NCBI RefSeq assembly: GCF_024256425.1
Contig: NC_071110.1
Coordinates: forward strand, 2,508,274-2,538,080
Source of the DNA: Clarias gariepinus
Lineage: Eukaryota
Length of the DNA: 29,807 bases
Direction of reading: 5' to 3'
The translations under genes were made by a program, and so were the position numbers. Positions 22,558-29,807 of the stretch are shown one piece after another. The notes beneath the pieces were generated by a model that saw only the letters and a program-made list of their open reading frames with translations, searched no databases and was not told where the DNA came from. How positions within the stretch are numbered: position 1 is the stretch's first letter; the number at the start of each line of letters is the position of its first letter.

Positions 22558-23139
22558 CTGTTTTTCAGTCCTTTCTGCTTTAGTTGAAACCGTCTCATGG
22601 CCTTTGTGTTCATCCATCGTACACAAGTAACAGATGAAGCTTTGGTCAGTACGACAGTAGATCTCGATCGGTTTGTCATGCTGAAAGCAGATCTTCTCTT
22701 GGAGCTCACAGGCTTCCACTAACTTGTGCTTCTTAAAGGCAGGAGACTGATAGTGAGGTTGAAGATGGTCTTTACAATAGGATGCCTGACACACCAGACA
22801 GGAATTAACAGCTTTGCGTTTTCTCCCGGGGCAGGAATCACACTCCACATCTCCAGGTCCAGCGTAACAGTGAGCAGGAGAAGCAGGTTGGACTTCAGAC
22901 TTCTTCAGTTTCTCCACCACTTCAGCCAGCATGGTGTTCCTGCGTAGAACAGGTCTTGGAGTGAAAGTCTCTCTACACTGAGGACAGCTGTAGACACCCT
23001 TTACATCCTCACAATCCCAAAAGTCATTAATACACACCTTACAGAAACTGTGGCCACAGGAAGTAGAAACTGGATCTTTTAGGAGGTCCAGACACACTGG
23101 ACAGCTAAACTGATACTGATCGGTTGAAATACCTGCCAT
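22558..23139 (-). CDS. finTRIM gene exon 1: RING (C3HC4) + B-box1 + B-box2; initiator ATG at 23139
   Basis: MAGISTDQYQFSCPVCLDLLKDPVSTSCGHSFCKVCINDFWDCEDVKGVYSCPQCRETFTPRPVLRRNTMLAEVVEKLKKSEVQPASPAHCYAGPGDVECDSCPGRKRKAVNSCLVCQASYCKDHLQPHYQSPAFKKHKLVEACELQEKICFQHDKPIEIYCRTDQSFICYLCTMDEHKGHETVSTKAERTEKQ | gtgaga donor. The exon is 194 codons. The listed ORF starts 6 codons upstream at a GTG. The first in-frame ATG gives MAGIS..., which matches ftr N-termini. Confidence 0.8.
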
Positions 23140-23164
23140 TTTGCAGGAGTCATACACACACAGG

Positions 23165-23182
23165 GAGAGAGAGAGAGAGAAA
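23165..23182. repeat. (GA)n microsatellite in the proximal promoter / 5' leader
   Basis: gagagagagagagagaga, between the ISRE and the ATG. Confidence 0.85.
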
Positions 23183-23189
23183 GGTTGGC

Positions 23190-23212
23190 TGAGTTTCGTT
23201 TTCTGGGAAAAG
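23190..23212 (-). promoter_or_regulatory. ISRE overlapping a GAS site, about 55-75 bp upstream of the ftr start codon
   Basis: The sense (minus) strand reads CTTTTCCCAGAAAACGAAACTC. It contains GAAAACGAAACT (ISRE consensus GAAANNGAAACT) and TTCCCAGAA (GAS consensus TTCNNNGAA). Confidence 0.55.
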
Positions 23213-23365
23213 AGCCTAGTTCAGTTTGTGGTGTCAGAGATAGAGTGGGTGTGGCTTTAAAGAGACAGAATTTTTGTAGTGTAAATCATTTTCACTGATA
23301 TAAATATTTATATAAATTGAATTTGGCTTTATACAAAGATATTGCATAGTTTAATGTATGTGTAT

Positions 23366-23371
<6 letters not shown>

Positions 23372-23436
<65 letters not shown>
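23372..23436. repeat. (TA)32 microsatellite
   Basis: Perfect TA dinucleotide run. It abuts the MITE's left TIR. Confidence 0.9.
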
Positions 23437-23444
<8 letters not shown>

Positions 23445-23786
23445 GTGGTGTGAAAAACTATTTGCCCCCTTCCTGATTTCTTATTCTTTTGCATGTTTGT
23501 CACACTTAAATGTTTCTGATCATCAAAAACCGTTAACTATTAGTCAAAGATAACATAATTGAACACAATATGCAGTTTTTAAATGAAGGTTTACGTTATT
23601 AAGGGACTTTTTTTCTCCCTAAATAATAAAAACCGTCATTTAAAAACTGCATTTTGTGTTTACTTGTGTTATCTTTAACTAATAGTTAAATGTGTTTGAT
23701 GATCAGAAACATTTAAGTGTGACAAACATGCAAAAGAATAAGAAATCAGGAAGGGGGCAAATAGTTTTTCACACCACTGTGTGTGT
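23437..23786. mobile_element. MITE-like hairpin element with ~90-bp Tc1-type TIRs (CACACACAGTGGTGTGAAAAACTATTTGCCCCCTTCCTGATTTC...)
   Basis: The left end cacacacagtggtgtgaaaaactatttgcccccttcctgatttcttattcttttgcatgtttgtcacacttaaatgtttctgatcatcaaa is the near-perfect reverse complement of the right end ...tgatgatcagaaacatttaagtgtgacaaacatgcaaaagaataagaaatcaggaagggggcaaatagtttttcacaccactgtgtgtg. The ~160-bp core is itself partly palindromic. The element has no ORF and is flanked by TA repeats on both sides. Confidence 0.7.
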
Positions 23787-25129
23787 AAAATATATATATA
23801 TCTATCTCTATCTCTATCTCACAGGACTGTTTATGCATAAAAAAATAGATGGTGCTGACTTATTTAACCACACAATTGACACATTCAATTCACAAAAAGT
23901 TGAAATAAATAAAATAAAAACAAATGTACAAAGCAGTTTATAATCAAGTCAGTATTTTTTATTAGATATATGAGGGAACAAATAAGCAAAACTCTACAAG
24001 AGACAGAAGAACCATCAAAAGACACTTGGCTAAATCGGACCTTTGTAGTCTGACTATTGTACAGTAAATCTTGCTAATAAACAACTATAGAATGATGGTG
24101 TTTAAATGGGCCACATTACACCTGTGCTTTCTACCTGTCTATGTTGGATTTACAGTATTTGGTTTAGTAAGAAAAGTAGAACTTATCCTAATATAAAAAG
24201 AGTAAATAAAATGGATTTCAAAATGATTTTTACATTTAAATTTAAATAATTGTTTGTCTAATTGTTAGCACTTTTATTGTTACAACATCACATTATATTA
24301 GGCACCGAGATGTCAGAAATGTCTTTGCTAAAACATGGAACATATTTTATTTTATGTACCTACTGTACTTATGATGTCCAAAAAGTACTTCAATTAAACA
24401 TTATATCAAATAACACTATTTTCCTTACAATAACATTCTGCTATACAGATGTGGCCACGTTTTTTCCCGTGGAAGTCTGCAATTCGTCTCGCTGAGTGCC
24501 GCTCAATCCCGCAAGCACCATTTTATGATTTAAATAAATGTGCTTTACAGAATATCAGATGGCGCATGGAATGACTTTATCTAAAAGCCAGACCAAATTG
24601 TTCCTTCACTGCTTTCAATTCGGTTGTTAATTATGCCTCTACTGTAGATACGGTACATACATAAAGTATCTGATAAATTACACTTTAAAAAATAAAACTG
24701 TGCTGTACTAAATTTTTTTGGCGAATCATTTTTACACTTAAAAATATTGAGTATATATAAAAGTTCTCATGTAAAATCATGTCAAATATACACCATGAAG
24801 TACAAGTCAGTAAAAAAATTAAGTAGACCTGAATAACTCTATTTAGTACAATGATGTACAAAATTAAGTAAATGTAATGAAAATCAGAAGTTAATGCAAT
24901 GGTTACCCCAAGTGAAAATGAGTAAAATAATTGAGTAGATATAATTGAAATGCAAGATAGAAGAAACTGAAAATTTTAATATTATTTAACAAACAAATGT
25001 GCTAAATTTACTAAATATTTTAACTGAATTTATTTTATACTGCTTTAACACAGAATTATTATGTTACACTTATTAAAAAAAAAAAAAAAACTATATTCAG
25101 CCTTTACTCAAGAGGTATTTTTATTCAGG

Positions 25130-25340
25130 TGCATGTGTGTGCAGACCTTCTCAGGTCTTAAAGAAGCAATGACAGTTTAAATGAAGACAGGACACTGAAT
25201 ATCCGTTTGATGATGCGACAAATGTGCAGAGCTTACACTGCCATCCTATAAGCTGGCACCTAAAAAAAGAATTATAGTATACAAGTAAGTACAAGTGTGA
25301 CTGGTACTGTAAAGTCTACCAGACTGGTAAAATAGTAATT
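25130..25340 (+). repeat. Third, partial and diverged copy of the 3' part of the 1.5-kb repeat unit
   Basis: ...tctcaggtcttaaagaagcaatgacagtttaaatgaagacagg.cactgaatat...gatgatgcgacaaatgt...cctataagctggcacctaaaaa...tacaagt.agtacaagtgtgactg...ctaccagactggtaaa aligns with 3170-3440 and 27590-27836. Confidence 0.55.
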
Positions 25341-25400
25341 CTGTTCAAATACATATTTTTTGGACTATTATACATACTAATATACGAGTGGTGTTCAAGT

Positions 25401-25600
25401 AGGGCCAGGAGTAGCTCAGTGGTTAAGGTATTGGACAACGTTTCGGAAGAGCCCCGGTTCAAACCCCACAACCACCAAGTTGCCACTGTTGGGCCCTTGA
25501 GCAAGGCCCTTAACCCTCAACTGCTCAGATGTGTAATGAGATAAAAAATGTAAGTCGCTCTGGCTAAGAGCATCTGCCAAATGCCCAAATGTAAATGTAA
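25401..25600 (+). mobile_element. tRNA-derived SINE, same family as 6328-6521, forward orientation
   Basis: gggccaggagtagctcagtggttaaggtattggacaacgtttcggaagagccccggttcaaaccccacaaccaccaagttgccactgttgggcccttgagcaaggcccttaaccctcaactgctcagatgtgtaatgagataaaaaatgtaagtcgctctggctaagagcatctgccaaatgcccaaatgtaaatgtaa. Confidence 0.75.
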
Positions 25601-26349
25601 GTCAAAGCAGGACTTGTGATGAAAATTCTATAAAACTAAGACATAAAACTGATTTGAATTTACAGAGTCCATTGCTGGAATGCTTTTACAAAAAACGGAC
25701 TGCTTTGATGGCATTTTGCTCTTGCAGAACAATGTAAAACCTTACATATAGAGAAAGAAATAAAGGGAGCTTTTACTCTAATACGTGTGTTCTGTTATTC
25801 TGCACAATTAAAGGTCCCACATTGACTTGAATGTCCCTTGTACATGTCTTTGTCCCTTCTATAAAAATGATACTTAACTTTATTTACACATTACTATTAA
25901 CTATATACTTCTTTTTTTTACTTTAGTTAATGGAAAATATAGTACACTCTAGTGGAAAACTTGTATATTCTGGATTCATTATAGATAAAGTGAAATATCT
26001 TAAGGATTGTTTAAATTTCTATCTTGGATTCAATGGTTACACATTTAATACTTCTGTAAGTTTTAAAAAGTTGACATTTACCTCCCGTTCTATCTTTATT
26101 CAACTTCTCTCCTTTAGTTGGTGCTATGAAAGAGATATTAAAATATACGATACATCCTGGAAGTATTCACAGCACATCACATTTTGTTATGTCACAGCCT
26201 GTTTCCCCTGATCATCCTGTTTCCCCTGATCATCCTTGAAATGTTTCTGCAGCTTAATTGGAGTCCACTTGTGGTAAATTCAGTTGATGGACATGATTTG
26301 TAAAGGCACACACCTGTCTTTATAAGGACCCACAGTTGACAGTTCATGT

Positions 26350-26785
26350 CAGAGCACAGACCCAGCATGAAGTCATAGGAATTGTCTCGAGGCACAAATC
26401 TGGAAAAGGTTACAGAAAAAATTCTGCTGCTTTGAAAGGTCCCAATGAGCACAGTGGCCTCCATCATCCATAAGTGGAAGAAGTTCAAAACCACCAGGAC
26501 TCTTCCTAGAGCTAGCCGGCCATCTAAACTGAGCGATGAGAAGGGCCTTAGTCAGGGAGGTGACCAAGATCCTGATGGTCACTCTGTCAGAGCTCCAGAG
26601 GTCCTCTGTGGGGAAAGTGAGAACCTTCCAGAAGGACAACCATCTCTGCAGCAATCCACCAATCAGGCCTAAATCAGTTTCTCATGGTCTGAGGGTCCTT
26701 TAGGTGCCTTTTGGCAAACTTCAGACGGGCTGCCATGTGTCTTTTACTAAGGAGTGGGTTCCGTCTGGTCACTTTACCATAAAGG
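26350..26785 (+). mobile_element. Tc1-like transposase N-terminal fragment followed by an inverted partial segment
   Basis: Forward part: ...KVPMSTVASIIHKWKKFKTTRTLPRASRPSKLSDEKG..., the Tc1 N-terminal HTH (cf. SVSTVQTIIRKWKKFGTTRTLPRAGRPAKLS). From 26690 to 26785 the sequence ...ttttggcaaacttcagacgggctgccatgtg...cactttaccataaaggcctgatt is the same element region in reverse orientation. Confidence 0.6.
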
Positions 26786-26956
26786 CCTGATTACATGTAC
26801 AGTGCATGTGTCCCCTCACAGGACCCGTAAGAAGTAAATACCAAAATGTTACTTGTACTGTACTGTTTTATTACTTATATTGTTATTACTGAACATTTTT
26901 ACAATTTAAAATGCTTGTGTTGTCCTGGTTTGAGCAGCTGTTATTATGCAATGTAA

Positions 26957-27026
<70 letters not shown>

Positions 27027-27836
27027 GCCACATTTGCAATTTAAGAATTATTTATGCCTATTGTTTTACTTTTTTAATAAAAATTTTTTTTTAAACTTTT
27101 TCTGTGGCTCGCCCCTTGGGTCATTTTTTGACTCTACCTTTTAATAACAGTTTTTGTTTTATATCCTTTCTGACGTGTTTATTGTATATTCTATACATAC
27201 AGTATTTACAAAGCAATACTTTTTGGGGGGAATTTTTAATGTAACAGCTTTATATTATTGGGGACGCTTTTATTTCAAACCTCAAGTTATTTTATTACCA
27301 ATTATACATTTGTTTAATAAACAGAGAAAATAAAAGTTAAACTGAGATAATCAGTTACACATTAAATTTTCACAGAAAATTGCTGTAAAATAAATACTGG
27401 ATGTATACTATAAAATTACAGTAAATTGCTGGTGTCTGTGCTGCCAGTATTCTCCTGTAAATTGTGATAAATACAGAAATATACTGTGTTTTATGTTTAC
27501 AGTAATAAACTATAAAGTCATATAACTGTGCTGCCAGTAATCTACTGTTAGCAGGAAAATAATTTACAGTGTATCTATACAAATGCGTTTTAAGGCCTCC
27601 CCAGTTCGAAAAGGAGCAAGGACAAATGTAGACAGGGCACTGAATATTCATGACCAAAGGTATCATGCTTTATTCATTAATACTTAAGAAGTGAAACTTT
27701 TGAAGGAGCGACAAATGGTATACCACATTTCCATACTAGCACCTAAAAATGGAAAGATATTGTTAAGTTACCATACAGTAAGTACAAGTGGGACTGTTTC
27801 TGTAAGGGCTGCCAGACTGGTAAAGTGGTGCTTCAC
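26780..27836 (+). repeat. Copy B (5' part) of the ~1.5-kb composite repeat; contains the (TA)30 microsatellite at 26962-27022
   Basis: Aligns with 2340-3436 of copy A. It is interrupted at 27837 by the Tc1-like insertion and continues at 29172. Confidence 0.7.
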
Positions 27837-27839
27837 ATA

Positions 27840-29169
27840 CAGTTGTGTTTAAAAGAATAGCAGTGTGTTAAAAAAGTGAGTAAAGCTCCATATCCATATA
27901 ATAACTTTTCATTTAAATCACACAAATGCATTGGAAACCCTGCACATTCTATTCTGAATTACAACATGAAGAAAAATGTGCTAAATGAATAATTAGTTCA
28001 CAAAAAGTAAAGAAAAACAAATATTGGTCTGTTTAAAAAAATAGCAGTGTCATTATTCATCTTTACAAAGTGATGAATTTACAGTTTAAACAAAAATGCT
28101 TGAAGTTTAATCTTTCTTGTGCATCTCTGAACTAATATTTAGTTGTATAACCATGGTTTTCATTTTTTGTCTCAGACACAGCATTTTTAATGTCAGCCCA
28201 GAAGTTTTCTATTGGATTAGGGTCTGGGAATTAGGCTGGCCACTCCATAACGTCAATCTTGTTGGTCTGGAACCATGATGCTGCTCGCTTACTGGTGTGT
28301 TTGGGGTCGTTGTCTTGTTAAAACACCAATTTCAAGGGCATTTCCTTTTCGGCATAAGGCAACATGACCTCTTTAGGTATTCCGAGGTACTCAAATTGAT
28401 CCATGATCCCTGAAATGTAATAAATAGGCCCAACACCATAGTACGAGAAGCATCCCCATATCATGATGCTTGTGCCTCAATGCTTTACTGTCTTCACAGT
28501 GTACTGTGGTTTAAACTCAGCGTTTGGGGGCCTGACAAACTGTCTGCAGCCTCTAGACCCAAAAAGGACAAGCTTGCTTTTATCAGTCCACAAAATATTG
28601 CGCAATTTCTCTTTAGGCCAGTCAATGTGTTTTTTGGCGAACTGTAACCTCTTCAGCACGTCTTTTTTTTTAAAATGTGACTTTACGGGGGCTTCTTGCT
28701 GATAGCCTTCTGGTTTTGGTCTCCATTTTAGAGCATTTAATATCATTTTAGCAAAGCAGTCTATTATTTCCTGCACTTCTTTGTATGTTTTCCCATCTCT
28801 AATCAACTTTTGAATCAAAGTACGCTGTTCTCCAAGACAATGTCTAAAACGACCCATTTTATTTTTTAGAGAGAAATGCACAGAACAACCTTTTCTGCAT
28901 TTATCCTTGAATTTTTTCATCCTTGAATACACCAGTTTTTCACAGAATAATTTACCTCTCTAATTAAACTTCACACTATTATTTTGAACACGACCCTTTT
29001 CGATTAATGATTTAATTACACAGAATCAGGTGCAGGTTGGGCCTGTTGGTTTCTATTACTCCACTACACCTACAAGTAAAATATTTACCAGGAAGAAATA
29101 TAATTTCTCCCAAAAACAATTATTGATTTGTTTACTGATGTTGGACTGCTATTATTTTGAACACAACTG
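27840..29169 (-). mobile_element. Non-autonomous Tc1-like DNA transposon (1.33 kb) with intact TIRs, flanking TA, and a degraded transposase
   Basis: The left end TA|CAGTTGTGTTTAAAAGAATAGCAGTG matches the right end CACTGCTATTATTTTGAACACAACTG|TA as an inverted repeat. ORF 28477-28932 (minus) reads ...GEQRTLIQKLIRDGKTYKEVQEIIDC...KKKDVLKRLQFAKKHIDWPKEKLRNILWTDKSKLVLFGSRG, the Tc1 HTH and first D region. The remainder is frameshifted (...LDVMEWP..SPDLNPIENFW... at 28150-28270) and the C-terminus is truncated. Confidence 0.75.
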
Positions 29170-29171
29170 TA

Positions 29172-29590
29172 CATACGTTTTGGACAAATACGTATCATTA
29201 TATAGATCTACAAGTGGAGATCAGGATCCAAGTGATTGAAAGGGAAAATCTAATATAAAAAGGTGTACAAACAACAGGGATGACAGTCTTAAGAAGATTG
29301 TCAAGCAAAGCTGATTCAAGAACTTGGGAGAGGTTCACAAAGAGTGGAGTGAGGCTACAGTCATCAGGAGCCACCATGCACAGATGTCTTCATGAAATTG
29401 GCTACAATTGTAGCATCCATAGTATTAAGCCACTCCTGAACCAGAGACAACTTCAGAAGTATCTCACCTACTGTATAGTAAATTTAACAATGATAAACAC
29501 ACACACACGGGACTGACCATAGAGAACATTTAGGGAAGAGAACCACAATGGTGCCGCACAAATCCTCCACTGCCTACACGTGACATGCTC
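29172..29590 (+). repeat. Copy B (3' part) of the 1.5-kb repeat, including a Tc1-like transposase N-terminal fragment (ORF 29280-29516)
   Basis: tatagatctacaagtggagatcaggatccaagtgattgaaagg...ggtgtacaaacaacagggatgacagtcttaagaagattgtcaagcaaagctgattcaagaacttgggagaggttcacaaagagtggagtgaggctacagtc aligns with 3455-3610. The ORF reads ...SGATMHRCLHEIGYNCSIHSIKPLLNQRQLQKYLTY. Confidence 0.7.
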
Positions 29591-29807
29591 TGTCTCTAAA
29601 AGATGTTAGTGCCAGACATTGTATATTACTTTCAGCTATTCAAAACTGGTTTGGTCCGTGTTTCCTCCTTAAAGTGTCCGAGTGAAACATAAAATAATTA
29701 TTCGAATATGCTGTGTTTTATATACTTGCCACTGTGGCTGTTGCTTCACACAAATAAGGCAACTAAATCCGCTGTGAAATCTGATGGAAAACTATCAGAT
29801 TTCACAG

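Noticed and set aside
22726-22947. 73-aa plus-strand ORF
   Set aside because: It is antisense to the ftr RING/B-box exon.

Overview
This window is vertebrate (teleost) nuclear DNA, probably ostariophysan (cyprinid- or catfish-like), not a prokaryotic locus. It is AT-rich, full of microsatellites, and carries tRNA-derived SINEs, Tc1/mariner remnants, LINE reverse-transcriptase (RT) fragments and an LTR-element pol fragment, so operon, CRISPR and defence-island logic does not apply. All three gene calls are on the minus strand. (1) A complete six-exon finTRIM/bloodthirsty-type TRIM gene (RING, two B-boxes, coiled coil, B30.2/PRY-SPRY) spans 14288-23139, with the canonical 96-nt and 234-nt coiled-coil exons and a textbook ISRE+GAS element about 55 bp upstream of the ATG. 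(2) An orphan paralogous B30.2 exon sits at 10386-10912 with no RING or coiled-coil exons in front of it. (3) An intron-containing katanin p60 A-like 1 (katnal1) locus occupies 7657-8705. It appears damaged: a +1 frameshift in an A7 run and an in-frame TAA, both in the most conserved AAA-ATPase exons, plus a duplicated pseudo-exon about 3.7 kb away. The locus is bracketed by two direct copies of a ~1.5-kb composite repeat (2330-3830 and 26780-29590). The second copy is split by a non-autonomous Tc1-like element with intact TIRs. All exon boundaries and similarities were derived by eye from the sequence and the ORF track and need alignment-based confirmation.
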